A DNA stretch of 64,000 nt from Bigelowiella natans CCMP2755 (lineage: Eukaryota > Protista > Cercozoa): NCBI GenBank assembly GCA_000320545.1, contig ADNK01002959.1, forward strand, positions 1 through 64,000, written 5' to 3'. The position numbers were made by a program, and so were the translations under genes. Shown one piece after another: positions 12,205 to 25,727 of the stretch. The first letter of the stretch is position 1. Each line of letters begins with the position of its first letter. The notes beneath the pieces are model-generated. The model saw only the letters and a program-made list of their open reading frames with translations. It made no database searches and was not told the DNA's origin.

Positions 12205-13371
12205 CAGTGCATTGGATTGGGAACAGCTATCATTTAATTGACAATCTGGATTCAGCATGAATTTTGAAGCATGTAGATTTTAGCATTATCGCCAACGTTA
12301 ACGTTGCAGCAATTGTGCAGTAGGATTTAGAGTCATCGAATTTCAGGTTGATAGAAAAATAGGTCATGGTGAGAACGCTTGCACTCGAGTTGCGTCGCTA
12401 TCATCTAGATCATACTTGCATTCGATTTCATCATTGCTCGCTGTGATGCAGTGGGGTGGAAGGAAGTTCATGTGTACAAAGATAGACGTCCTTAGTCGTA
12501 TAGTTGTAACTTGCTACACATTCTGTAAACATGCAATGGCACAATTGACATGTTCACACAAGCAGCTGTGTGCATCTTTACCTCATTGTGCAAAATGATG
12601 ACGCAGAGATGTGCATTATCTTCGAAATCATCATTGAAATGCGGCAGTTTCAATCATCAGCATCGTACCTCTGTTCTTTGTGTGAGCAACCCATGCATCG
12701 CAGGGCATGCACATTCAAACTCAAAGGATTGCAATTGCACAGCGAATGAAAGTGAAAGCTCACTTCCCTTGTGCATGCGTTGACCCCGCCATCATCATCA
12801 TCACCATTGTGCACATTCATTCATCGCATCACACATGTTGCATTTGCAACAATGGCAAAATGATGATCACAACTAGACAAGCGGAATCATCCTCATGTGT
12901 GGAACCATGGTGTGCCTCCAATGTTTGCAAAAATGGATGTTGTTGCTCCGGCTTTGCAATGTCACAATTGTTGTCTCAGCGCATTACAAGCTGTCGAACA
13001 TGCAAGCCAACGTGATGATGACGTGCAAGCTCGGAAACAAAATGTGTCAACTAACTGCGTTTCTGAAGCCGGATGTTTCATTGATATGCTGAACATCATG
13101 TGATTGTAAAATGGGGATGTCATGCACTTGTCTAAGACCTTTTCCTAGGTTAGCTATGCAGGATAAACCCTCAAGTTTTAATTTCAATGTCTACAATGGG
13201 CTGAATTTTTTTCAATAACATTTGAATTTAGACATTTTTGACCGATAAATGAGCTCCATGACTTGTGTTTACGTGTTGAGATGAAAATAAAATTAGAAGT
13301 AGGTCATTCGCAATGGGAACAACTGGACATTACTTTTCTTGTTCGAGACAACGGAGTGACTGTATTAATAC

Positions 13372-13724
13372 TCATTTTCTTCCTGCTGCATTGGTTCAGA
13401 CGAATCTACAGCATCAATATCCGTAGATTCCTTGAAATCTCCTGTTTCTCCGGCACCAGCTGATTCTTCAAATCTAGTTAACAACCTAAAAATGAAGTAG
13501 ATCTGCTCTGCTCTGAATCAAAATTTGCTACGGAGTATTCTTGAGCTGTTTAAAAATTAAAATTAAATCGACCTGGAAATAAATTCCTCGCATTCGAATT
13601 CCAACTTTCGTAGCTTTTCTAATTGAACATTCTGCCTTTGCCTTTTTTTAAGGCGACTTGATTCGGCGTCTTCATTGCTTTGCTCTTGATACAGTTGATC
13701 TCGTGATCTTTGGCGTGGCTTCAT
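13372..13724 (-). CDS. Small two-exon hypothetical protein (~88 aa, charged, coiled-coil/NLS-like); may have further upstream exons
   Basis: An 87-nt GT-AG intron (13486-13572) joins MKPRQRSRDQ...RLKKRQRQ...CEEFISR in frame to LLTRFEESAG...QERK*. Confidence 0.5.
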
Positions 13725-14743
13725 ACATAGAGGAAGAACGGAAGGACATGAGTGATTTGTTGAAAATATCACTGGATGAATTGGATAAATGAAAGGGGAC
13801 CACCTTGTTAGGAAGAGTCATGATGCAAAGTCGTGCCAACGAAGCAACGTATAGCTGCAAGCAATTGTGTCCATTAGGAGAGAGCGAATGCATGCAAACG
13901 CGCTAATGCGGAATCACAATTGTTTGAAAGTGCAAACATTTGAATGTTTGAATATTTGAACACTTGAAACACGTGGCTCGCCCATGTCCACGATCACCGT
14001 TTTGAAATTCGAACCATGACGCATGTCATCATCTCTTGCATGCGTGAGTGAGATCTGCAAAGAACAACCTTTGCAGCCAATGTGTGTTGAATAGGTGGCG
14101 GAGGCAGATGGAAAATGCAGACCAGAGCCTGCTGGCGCGGCAAAAGAAAGCTTCTTGTAAGCACCATGAGCGAAAGTACTTTCAGAGATGAGAAGAAAAC
14201 GCAGGTCGATTCCATCTCCAAAGGACAGTCTCCTTGAAGTTTGACCGCGGAATGGCACGTGTGCGTTTCCACCTGCAGAAACGGCATGGTGCCAAGTTTG
14301 ATTTGACTGACCCATTTGATGCTTTGATTGCGTTGACCCAAAACGAGCCGTGAGCAAAAAACAAGTACAAACCCCATTTCGTGCGCAGTCGCTGCGGCTG
14401 TTTCCCCCTCGCGACTTCACTTTTCCTAATTAAACATGATCATTCGGGGCCTGTTTCCCAGTAATTTTGAACACGTGCACGCTCTTGGTGCCTTTTAGAC
14501 TACCGCGGAACGGAGTGTGCATCATCGAGCACATTTAGTACACGACAACGACCATTATCCAACGACTTTTTTCTTCCGCGCGAGACCTAGAGGCGATTTG
14601 GATTCTACGGCTTGATGTTGCTCAAGCCGCTTTGGAGAAATCTTCTTTCATGTTCTCAACCTTTGTGCATCTTGAAAAGCCCAGGGAATTTTGTTCAAGC
14701 GTCATCATCTAAGTGCCGTCGTAAATGGTAAGCGGGGGTAAGA

Positions 14744-17496
14744 ATGGTCGCGGCTTGGAGCTATTTGTTGCTTTCATTAGTTTTTTCTTCAACCTCCGCG
14801 CTTGGGCCGCGTATCTTTCCAGGGCTTGAATCGAGAGAAAAAGATGATTGGAATTCGATTCAACGATCAGTATTCTCGTCCATTCTACCGAGTAGTGTTA
14901 CAAGGTCATTTACATTGCGAGTTATGATCATGCAACACTGAAATCTGAGATGGACGCGAATCTCTTCGAAGAAAAAAAGATACAAAGATTGGCGCAATTG
15001 TATATAATTTTTCAGGATAGATGATTTACAACTGAGTGAAATCTATTCAAGCCTGATTAGGATTTTTTGTACATGTATGCAGCTTTACACCAAAGAATTC
15101 CAGCAATAAAAGTAGTTCTAAGTCAAAGAGTAAGTGTTCACTTTTAAAGAACGAGGACAACGTCATCTACACGATGAAAGTTCGTGTAGGTTGTCCTCCA
15201 CAGGAATTCGGTACTATATAAACTATTCCATGGTGCAGACTCTATGCATTGTTGATTGAAGTATCGCTCACACGCGTAAACTAATGAATATTCGTCGTGT
15301 TTTAATTCATTTTATAATCCTGTATAAGACTTAGTTAGCGACACAGGATCGGATGCTATTGTGATACCTGAAGCTGGATGTAAATCATGCATCAAAAATG
15401 TAGTTCCATAGAATAACAACACGCTATCACACACTAGTGTTAACACCGTAATATTTCTCACAGAATAAAACTGTGTACTACCCATCGAAGTCAAATTCAA
15501 GTACAACTACGCAAGATCAAATAGTAATTCAATATGGGTCTGGTTCTATCGAAGGCACAGCAGTAAGTTTGTTGTCCGCGATAGATTCCTATGAACATGT
15601 TTATTCTTTCTACCTCTTCATGCAACATTTGTTCTTTGTCCGTAGGTCTATGACGTTGTGGAAGCTTTTGGGATCAGAGTCTTGCATCAAGCTCTTGCAA
15701 CATTTTCGAAAGAATCTTTGAAAAATTACAGAAATCTTGTCTATGATGGCATATTCGGTCTCGGAAAGCCCTCACAACTTTTGCATGAGAAAAGTCGGGA
15801 AGAGGCATCGTTTGGGGATAAGCAACCGTCATCATTTCTCGCGAATGCTCATATAAACTCATTTTCAATCTGCTTCGAGCGAAACGGCGATGGAGATTTC
15901 TACATAGTATGTTCGTTGTATTAAGATCCATTATATGATACTAACGGCGCTAAAATGTGATACAAAATGTTCCAGGATGGAGATCCAGATCTATTCTTCC
16001 ATAAAGTTCCCACGGATAGTGATTTTCATTGGAGCATCTCATTGAATGGGATACGTTTGGTTCCAAGGAATCGAAGCACTTTAGTTTCAAAATCCATCGG
16101 AAAAGTTGGAGAAGGATAGCCCCCAGCCAATTCAGCCACCTTCTACACATATCATACCCGTAGATCCGGCAAAAACTAAAAGAATAAACGAAACAAATGC
16201 TCTCAAAAGTAATTCTCTCATGAAGAAACAGCAAACAATTTACTACGTAATACGTATTTCAAGGTATTTGCAATGCTACAAATTCGAGTGGGAAAAGGCT
16301 TCATTGCGCAGCAATTGTGGATTCAGGTCCAATTATTGTGTGATTTTTCTGAATGTAGCCAAACATGTTATTATATCAATTTTACAAGGAACTACATTGG
16401 TTATTGGACCGAAAAGGCAAGTAGATGCTATGTTCTCAGACTTGTGCAACAATCTGAAAGAATGCGATGGTTCTACAGTAACAGAAAGGTTAAGCCAAAA
16501 GTATACATTCGAGTACATATCAACACTCTTGTTTTACTCAGATCCAAAAATTTTCTAGCGGCTCTTCTAAGTTGCCCTAAAGGTTAGACGATATTCAATT
16601 TAAATTGAATGCAACCAATGGCCAGCTTAGGATTTTGTTCTTTCGATTAGATCTTCACATGTTACCAAACATTGAGTTTATGTTTGGAAACAAATCAATG
16701 GTTTTAAGTCCAATTAATTACATAATGGTGGCGAAGGCGTCCGACTTGTCCAAGGTTTTCCCTGTCTCTTTTAGTGCATATATAAGGGAAATTAATATTC
16801 CTGAATGCAGGACAACGAGTATTCAAGATTCTTTGAGCATGACCTTAAATCGGGAAAATCAGGGAAAAAGTTTAGCAGAATTTTATCAAGGATCAGGACA
16901 GCTTGTATCCCGGTCATGAATTTATCCACAGTTTCCATAAGGCTGCCATCAATTTTTATTGTATTTAGGTTTTCACAAAAGAAACTTTTAAAATCTCAAA
17001 CTCCAGAGAGGCGTGAAGCATTTTTCACGTTATTCTATCCCATCCAAACTCATTGTTTAATGGTATACATAATCAGACATGGATCATTGGGATGCCTTTT
17101 ATGAGGCAGTATACCTTCCTTTTTCAAAAGCAGTCGCTAATGAAAGACGGTTACTTGCATTTCTTGTTGTTGATGCAATACCTGGCTTAATAATTTGGCA
17201 TAGGTGAAATGGTCAAACCAGCCATAGGATTTGCGAGAACAAAGGGATGCTGTGGGAAATGCAAAAATTGTGCAAATGACATTGAGTCTAAGATCCCATC
17301 TGTCGACGATGAAGATATTGAATCGCGCAGAAACAAACATAAGAAATCAAAAGAAAGCACCAGCTATGACCTCAATAAAGACGAGAAACATTCATCATTT
17401 ATGGAGAGGCTTCACAAATTCAAGCCTACCCCGTTGCACTCACATTCTCTCCTGGTCAACCAAATCGTGGCAGGAATGAATCGTGATTACGAATAA
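14744..17496 (+). CDS. Secreted pepsin-family (A1) aspartic protease, multi-exon
   Basis: Signal peptide MVAAWSYLLLSLVFSSTSA, then VGCPPQEF|DLVSDTGS, flap QYGSGS, DGIFGLG, IVDS|GTTLVIGP, WIIGMPFMRQY and IGFA. Both catalytic Asp motifs (DTG, DSG) are present. Confidence 0.92.
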
Positions 17497-17599
17497 TTGC
17501 TAGGCCCTTGCTCATAAGCTAGCAAGGTAGTTAACAGGAAGGACTATTAATGTGCACTTGTGCACTTCCACGTGGCGAGACAGAAACGCACATTACCAG

Positions 17600-18800
17600 A
17601 CAGGGTTAATGTCATGCTGATCACAACAGACACGGTGCACATTGCATGCCATGAATGCATGATGTGCATAGCACATGCGATGTACACCCTGTCTGTGGTG
17701 GCTTCCCAAGTCCTCTCGTTGGAGAAATGAGACCATCATGAATGGTTGTCAGCGCATGCAAATGCACAAATGTGCCATGTGCGATGCACAGCGAATGGCA
17801 ATGAGATTGTGATTGGCACATGTTGCACACATGCCCAATTTGGCTGAATGATCATCGACGTGCTTGCGGTGCGGGTGACATCGCTGTCGCAGCGTCTTGT
17901 GTCACATCTTGCCTTTCAGCCGCCGCTTGCAACACCATGAAGCATGAGCGCTGCGCATGTGACGCTGAATCACTCTAGCACTGCTAGCTAGCTAGACTGG
18001 TGCGATGGTGTGCGAACGTGTGCGCGCATGCACAGCACCAGGAGCAGGGCAGCCTTGCACATGCACCATGCTAGCATGCGCACAATCTAGCACACACAGC
18101 ACCAGAGCATCGGAGCACATGGCAGTGGCCACGCGCAGCGCGTGTGCAACAACCATGACACCTCCAGACCTGATGAAAATCGCACACATCTAGCTAGCCA
18201 GACATGACACACACGCCTAGACGCGCACTGACACGTGCACATCGTCGTTGCAGATGCATGTTGAGCTTTTTGGATGCAGTTGCCCATGCCATGCTGTGCG
18301 TTCACACCTCAGACCTGGTCAAAATGAACTGATCACGTGCACTGATTTTTGAGCCTTTTGGTTCAGCTGCAGGTCACAAAAGCTAGAAAGTTTGAGTTGG
18401 ACCTTGAAACCAGGCGCATTGTGTCAAGCATGCTGAACTGCATGCACATGCCTCGTGAAAATTTCCCATTTTTTTCAAATTGAAAAAATTGCAATTTTAT
18501 TTCCATGAAAAATTGCCCATTTTCGCGACTTTTCAGTTGTGTTGAGCAAACAAAAAAATAGATTTTCCATTTTTTTGGATTGGCTGCCATTTTGCATGTG
18601 TTTGGTTTGAAGAAAAATGGTGTCATCCAAATGATGCAGCAGTTCACAGCATGCTAACTTTCAGCTCATTTTGCAAATGTCCAAATGTTGCACCAGGGCC
18701 ACAAAGAAATAGCCAGCCATGAACAGCGACAGCATGAGCATGCATGCTGTCATCACATTTCTTAAATGACAGCTGTTGACAGTGGTGTGTAGCCTCTGAT
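17600..18800. other. TpA-depleted, TpG/CpA-rich intergenic island
   Basis: No TA between 17685 and 17975. All 10 TA dinucleotides in 17685-18497 are inside CTAG. CG remains common. Confidence 0.85.
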
Positions 18801-18898
18801 TCACTGATGCTTTTGAACAAGTATTTACAACTTATAATCAATGTAACCTCCAAAGATCTTGAACACCTCCTCCACTAAGTCATTTCGAGCGAGTTGGC

Positions 18899-19368
18899 TT
18901 ATTTTTTCATCTGGGTCTTCATCTTTCTCATCCTTTTTCTATGCTTGTGCTTGTTCATTTTGGTTTTACGCTTTTTTAAAACAGACTTTGCGAATAGGAG
19001 GCCGTCGCTTCCTTCTAAGTTGTGGGTAGTTTGTTGTTTCTCAAAGCCAACATTCAGCAGTTCTGTGAGTAGACCCATCATGCCACAAACATTTTGTGCA
19101 CCCTGCTGCAAATCATGAGAAAGGTAAATCTTTTCGCGATATGATGTCGGCGCTATCGTAGAGAACCTCAGCTTTGGCGCACAAACTGAAACAGCATATG
19201 CAAACATTCAAACATGAGTAAGTGGAAATCACTACTCTACACAACCGACCAAGAGAGGTTTCGGTAGAAATATAATAATTGCCACGCTACGCGTCACCCT
19301 CGAGAAGGTAAGTTTATACCTCTAAGCGTCTGATTTTGCAAGCGACGGAGGGCGTAAGTCACCAGCAT
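18899..19368 (-). CDS. Mitochondrial small-subunit ribosomal protein mS38 / Cox24 C-terminal (DUF1713, AURKAIP1-like)
   Basis: Two exons in frame. Arg-rich presequence MLVTYALRRLQNQTLR|VCAPKLRFS and basic C-terminal motif SVLKKRKTKMNKHKHRKRMRK. Confidence 0.85.
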
Positions 19369-19468
19369 ACCATTCGCGTCTCACGGGGGAGGGACTTCTA
19401 GCTTTCTACTTTCTAGCAATCACGGCCGATTTTTAATTTTTTTGGTTGTGGTTGTCGCAGATGGGAAA
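19369..19468. promoter_or_regulatory. Candidate very compact bidirectional promoter between the mS38-like and EF-hand/TPR genes
   Basis: Only about 100 bp separates the two divergent predicted start codons. Inferred from position; no motif identified. Confidence 0.45.
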
Positions 19469-21348
19469 ATGCCATGCTCCATCCCGGCAAAACAACACGG
19501 AAAAATCCCGGTGCTTTTTCATCAGGACCGCCGAAATGTAAGAGAAAAAGAACGACTGTGAAAGTGAGCGACAAGATAGCCCGTTACAATTGACCTCAGC
19601 AAATAACCGGGCAGTCTTCTTGATTTATGCAGGACTATTTTATGGTGCGACAACATCTTACGGCTGTAAATGGTGAAAATCACGGAAGGATTCCGACCAC
19701 TCGGAGGACGTTTGCTGCCCTCTATCCCTCACCCAGCGACGAAACAACGGATGTTGACTCCAGCACTGCTAGTGGGGTGAGGTTCACAGAGATGGGTTGT
19801 GGCGCTGTCAAGGTATGCTGGTGCGTAGTGTCTTGGAACAAGCGACAAATTTTAAAGAAGTGCAGTAGTATGTGGTGTCGAGAAAATACTGGAGACAGAC
19901 CTCACTAAAAGGCTTCTCCGTAAAAACATCATAAGGTGTCTAGCCCTCCTGCTGCCGTGTCAGAGACGACAACACATGCTAAAGGTGTAGATGGTAACAT
20001 ATGTTCACTAATTATTATCTTTTCAAGTCGAACATCCATCCCACATATTATGATTACTGTCAGAAGCCAACGCATCAGATCGGGAGAATGAGTCACGAAG
20101 ATCATCGAATCGCTCTATGGACCTTCATGAGCAAGGAGGACTTGACAAACAAGAGATGAAGAAGAGGTTATTCTAAAGGCCAGTGATAGATAGGAGTAGG
20201 AGAACGCCCGCGATACGTAATGAAGCACTGATTTGACAGGATGGGAAAGTCCTTTCCTTCTTTCTCCCGAGCAAGTTCCGTTCATGAGGTCTTCCAGCCA
20301 GCGTACGATTATTGACTATTCTCTGCTAATCAAATCACCATTTTTCAACTGTCTTTGTCAACTTGTTAGAACGACTGGCTCGAAGCTCGTCGTGCAGTTT
20401 CTTAAGAATAAATTCAAAATTGCCCAGTCGCTTTTTCAAAGAAGATCAGAGTATGATCCGGTACAAAGCATTTGTATATCCAAATAGCCATTCAAATGAA
20501 AGCTTCTTTTCCCCCTTTGAGTAGAGGGTCGTCACAGTCAGAATTTCCTTCAATTTTGTAGTCGATATGTGTTGTGTAATCACCATCCTTCTCGTCGTCG
20601 TCCTTTCCGTGTTGCTTCGTGTTGCTTCTTCCAGCGAGTCATAGAGGCACTCTCAGACGCAGAACTAGCGTACCGGGTTTATAACACTGCACCGAGAAAT
20701 CCGTAATTTATTGTAACGCGATGCAATCGATTAGAGTGGTAACAAAAAACCCATGGGCACACTCCAGAAGAGGATTCATCAAGCAGAGAAAAACGTACGA
20801 TAGTAGCCGTAGTCCATACCCTGTGTTTTATATTACTAGACGATTTTTGACTCCGATATTCAAATTTGACATGCTCATGTCAAGTTGGTGTCTCTTATCC
20901 ACGGTGATTTTCCGAAGAGCAAGCGAGGAAGTGCATCGCCGTTTATCTATCACCGTGCTACAAAAACTGCCGATAATTCACTCATCATCTAATGATCATA
21001 AGAACGAACCACATGATGTTACGGTCACTAGCAATCTGCCTTTAGCACCAGCTATGGGACTCGGCAGTAGATCTACCCTTCTTTCATGGATTTTCATACA
21101 ATGGGGGGAAATGCGAATACATGCACAAGCTTACAAAGTTTTGGGTGTAATTTCAGGCCCAAAGAGACACATTGGAGGGATTGTGGGCATTCTACGATGA
21201 TAACAATGTATATCTGAGTATTTTCTGAACCACAGTATCATATAGTATTAATTGAACAACAAAGAATGTATGATGTGACTTTTGATTGCCGATTATCGTC
21301 ATTCTCATTACTGTTTCTTCTCTTAGTTTCCTCTCCCCCCGCCTGCAT

Positions 21349-21425
<77 letters not shown>

Positions 21426-22148
21426 GTGTGTGTGTGTGTGTGTGTACTGTGCACATTTCACTTCACAGGATCACAAAATAACTTACGCCGAGTTTGAGTG
21501 CCTTCTCAGGGTAGGATTGCTATTTTATGGTTCATGTTTCTTCATCTGTCCTTCTACGAATATGTAATGATCGTGGATGTTGTTGGTAGTAATGATAATA
21601 ATACTTGGCATGGTTTGTCATTGCTACTTCTCGGTAGGATTGGTTTGATGCACAGTACTACCATATGCCGACTCTCATAACTCGCAACTGGGTCCAGACA
21701 ATGAAGCTACTCATCAACAAGTTAAAGGTAACAGAATAGTAGTAGTATTAGTAGTAGTAGTAGTAGGAGGAGTAGTGGTAGTAGTAGTAAAATATTGTTT
21801 CCGTTGGAGGAGGTGTTCTTACCAGGAGGTTGATTGACGAATAGGAACTTTCCTTGTTTTATAAAGTCTCAGGGAAAACCAGTGAGCGCAACCCTTCAAT
21901 TCTTGGAGAAAAAGGTCACAGTTAGCTCACATCCGTTGCAAGGAAGGCTATGGGTGTTACTACGGTGGGGAAAAGGCCAACGATTAGCAAGTGAATGTAA
22001 TCTTCTTCTTTTGTGAGTTGATGTGAAAAATGTTTTCTAAAAAAGGAAGATATCGTGAGTCAAAGATTGCCAATGCACATCCACAAAGTAAATTTAACTA
22101 ATCTTACTCTCTATGTTTTATTGCGCGTGTTCCCCTCTCTCTCTCTTC

Positions 22149-22187
<39 letters not shown>

Positions 22188-22594
22188 AAAGATACGTGAA
22201 GCAATAACCGCGGTGTGAGCCTGTGTATTCCGTGCATTTATGCTCAAGTTAAGAAGTAACAGTGACCTTTATGTGGACTTGCTTTATTCATTTGCCAGCT
22301 CTTCCAGAAGTACGACAACACCTACTGCTTCCGCAAGGTACAGAACGGGCTGGTAGACGCTTGCTACTTGCTTAATGTATTACGGTATTATGCGAATAGT
22401 GTGCCTACATTCACCATCCATGCATACGACGAAAAGGTTGTGAATTTGTGCTGCAGTACTTCCTACCATGAAGTTGATCAGCTATCGTTCTCCTCCAACT
22501 CCAGATTTTTGAGCGGGCGGATCGAAATGGGGATGGCGTGGTTATAATAATACTTCTATGATAAATTGTGTACGCGGAAATAGCACGTGTGGCT

Positions 22595-22628
<34 letters not shown>

Positions 22629-23029
22629 ACATCATCATTATCATAATCATTGAGTCAACTTCCGTGATGAATCATTGTGTAGCATGTGCGATGTGATGCA
22701 TGACGTGAGTGCGTGTGCGTGCGTGTATGTATGTGTCTTCGGCATTTCACCACTTTTTTTTTGCAGCTCTCCAAGAAGGAATTTATGAGATCATTCTTCG
22801 AGCAATTTGAATCTACGTAAGCAGGACACAACCACAAACACGCTCTTCCGAAACCATCATAACTTAATGCATGCTCCGTGTGTACGTATGCTGTCTTCTT
22901 CGATAGGCTGCACACCTCGTCAATGATGGATATCATCCGCCACCAGTTGCATTTGGTAACGTCAATATAGATGTCAAGTGTGTGTGTGTGTGTGAATACG
23001 GCATGTAGATATATAATATATTAAACATT

Positions 23030-23068
<39 letters not shown>

Positions 23069-23074
23069 GGTGTG

Positions 23075-23117
<43 letters not shown>

Positions 23118-23196
23118 TCATCCCCCGCATACTCCATATATAAACAAAGACATTACCTTCCATCTACATCCTCACTGTCTTTCTTTCGATTGCTTG

Positions 23197-23232
<36 letters not shown>

Positions 23233-24093
23233 GGTGTCCGTGAAAGTATTACAGGTGGGGGAGAGTGAAGCTAGCAGAGACCCAACCCCTTTTGCTGAAG
23301 ATCACAAGGTGTGCAGTATAATGAGAGATGGAGAATAATGATGATGATGATTATGACAACTACGATGAGGAGGAGGAGGATTGGGACGCCAACAGGAAGT
23401 GATTGACGATTTCGTGTTCCCCCTTATCAGTGTTAAGACCGTAAATACCAAAACATTCCAGAATTAGAAGCTGTGGCAATGCCTTGAGGCTAATGCTGTT
23501 TGCTATTTCTGCTCCGATTCCCCCATTCTCACTACCACCACTATCACAACCACCATCATATATGCAACGAGTGATATCATGCGTCGGTCAGATCCGAGGT
23601 AATCAATTATTTCAAGTGGGGGACTATCGTGGAGCAATAAAGTGCTATACAGAGGTATTTGTACGTGATTGGCCGTTTATGCAATGTGTATTGCGTGAGG
23701 CCTTTCTCCGTCATATTTCATACACAAGATTTATGTACACGCATGAATTGTCGGAAAAATTAGGCCGCAAGTTTATTGCCGTCAAACCCAGCGTATTTGT
23801 GCAACAGAGCATTCGCATGGCATAAGTTGGCACAGGTGGTCGTTGGTTGACAAGTAGAAGTTTTTAGTGCAATGAAGGATGAAATACTAGCGAATGTTAT
23901 GTGGCGGGGAGTATCGATTATTGTACCTGCGAGAACATCTGGGCTCTATATATATCGATGAGATCTTTGCTGCACGTATTAGAAAAAGCATAATTTCCCC
24001 CTTCAGCGCCATTTACATCTGAGCTGTGTCTTCAATGGGCATTCAAATCATGAGGATATGTGTTTACGTGTCTGTATGTGTGTGTGTGTGTGT

Positions 24094-24142
<49 letters not shown>

Positions 24143-24826
24143 GAGGAAGTAATGGTTGCACGTTTATATCAGGGAGCCATGAATCCGGAAGCGATTGAAT
24201 ATAAAACAAGTATGGAGAAGGTAATTCCAGTATGACTGAATATCGACGTTATATTGAGAGACCATAGTAGTTCCAACATGAATCTATACAATGCACTACA
24301 CTCCGCTCGTAATGCTTAATGTGCGTTTTCTGTGACGCTAACAGGCTTTGAGCGATTGTGATCGTGCTATGGAAGTCTCTCCGGGACATCAAAAAGCTCT
24401 TAGAAGAAAAGGTGTGAAAAGCAATGAACTAATCGTCCTTCGCGCAGCATTAGCAGCGGAATACAAGCCCAAAGGAGCTCTCCACTCATCATATCTACGT
24501 ACAGCTGCTGACATATCAATCTAATACTTCTCCAGGACTCTTACTTAGCGAGCTGGGTAGAATTACAGAGGCAAAGGAGCTCTTGAGAAGACTTGATGCA
24601 AAGGTGTGCATTGAGTAGGGTTTCCCTGGCCCGATGATGTATTTAAATGTTTACAGTTTGCCGACGTATTAGACAGTGTTGGTTAGCCTCTCATCATCAT
24701 CACCATCACCATCGTCAGTCGTACTCTCTACTACCGCAGCGACAGTGCTTTGGAATGCGGAGCAGCTTACACATTTCCCTAATACTCACACAGGACCGTG
24801 AAGTGCGATTGATTCTGGACAAATGA
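19469..24826 (+). CDS. EF-hand plus TPR domain protein, multi-exon; N-terminal exons approximate
   Basis: Spliced EF loops LWAFYDDNN|DHKITYAEF and IFERADRNGDGV|LSKKEF. C-terminal TPR clamp RGNQLFQVGDYRGAIKCYTE|AASLLPSNPAYLCNRAFAW...ALSDCDRAMEVSPGHQKALRRK|GLLLSELGR. TGA at 24824-24826. Confidence 0.85.
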
Positions 24827-25727
24827 CACCGTGCGTAGACAATCATGAGCAAATGTGTCGTGTAACAACGAATATTTAACTAGTCGTACTTTTTTGTGGC
24901 GACTGACGTGATGCTGCAAGTATTGTGATTCTGATGATCACGCGGTGGATGAGATCACGATGCGTGTAGGAACTTGTTCACATTGTTTTGGTGCGTATGC
25001 CGATATCGATTCGCAGCCTCCGCCTGTTCTGTTTGTTGTTAAGTGGACTACATGTGGGTGCAGCTAAATAAGTCGCAAGCAATATGTATCGTAGGGTGGT
25101 TAATTTGACAAAAGTAGACGACATGTTCGACCCTCAATTGCTGATCAGCTGTATTATTATTATCACATGCACGCACCCGTTTACATGTAGTAGGTAGCTC
25201 GCTCACTGACGTGGCATCTAATAGGCGGCATTAGCGATGCATTCGATCGTGTTGCGAGATTGCTTGGCAAAAGCCTCGATCATTTGTTGGTGGTGTTGAT
25301 TAAGCATCTGCTTTAGCATTGATGCACGCGCATGCGCCATGCAGCATATGCTGACGTGCTGTCTGATCAAATTAACACAGTCTTCGAATGAATAGTAGGT
25401 GTTACACAGTAGGTTGCGCACCGCACATTTCATCATGATGCATAATTGATCAACATTGCAACTACAGCAATGGGCACGAATAATACATCGTTGCAACGAT
25501 GTATTACACGTACAATCTATATCGATGATCGCAATGTGCTGAGAGGCGGCCTTATTTAAACATAAGTTACATCGCGGTCCAAAAGGGGCATTCTATCGAT
25601 CGTCGTTAATCTACTGACCACCAAACATTAGCTTGGGAGCGATAGTTCGTGTAGTAGTGTCGTACATCATTCATATGCGTAGCTGTAACATCATGCATCA
25701 ATACACTTGCAATCTATGGCTCCGCCT

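Noticed and set aside
13914-14420. 168-aa and 127-aa minus-strand ORFs
   Set aside because: Open only because TpA depletion removes TAA/TAG. Cys/His-rich, non-ATG starts, no family motifs.
18340-18660. A/T-tract-rich segment as a transposon end or MITE
   Set aside because: No terminal inverted repeat pair, target-site duplication or transposase remnant could be identified.
17600-18800. CpG-methylation decay or classical RIP as the cause of the TG/CA excess
   Set aside because: CG is retained and CA/TG are enriched while TA is lost, which is not what either process predicts.
20721-21200. 159-aa ORF as an independent gene
   Set aside because: Lies within the EF-hand/TPR gene. The EF-hand exon at its 3' end is read in a different frame.
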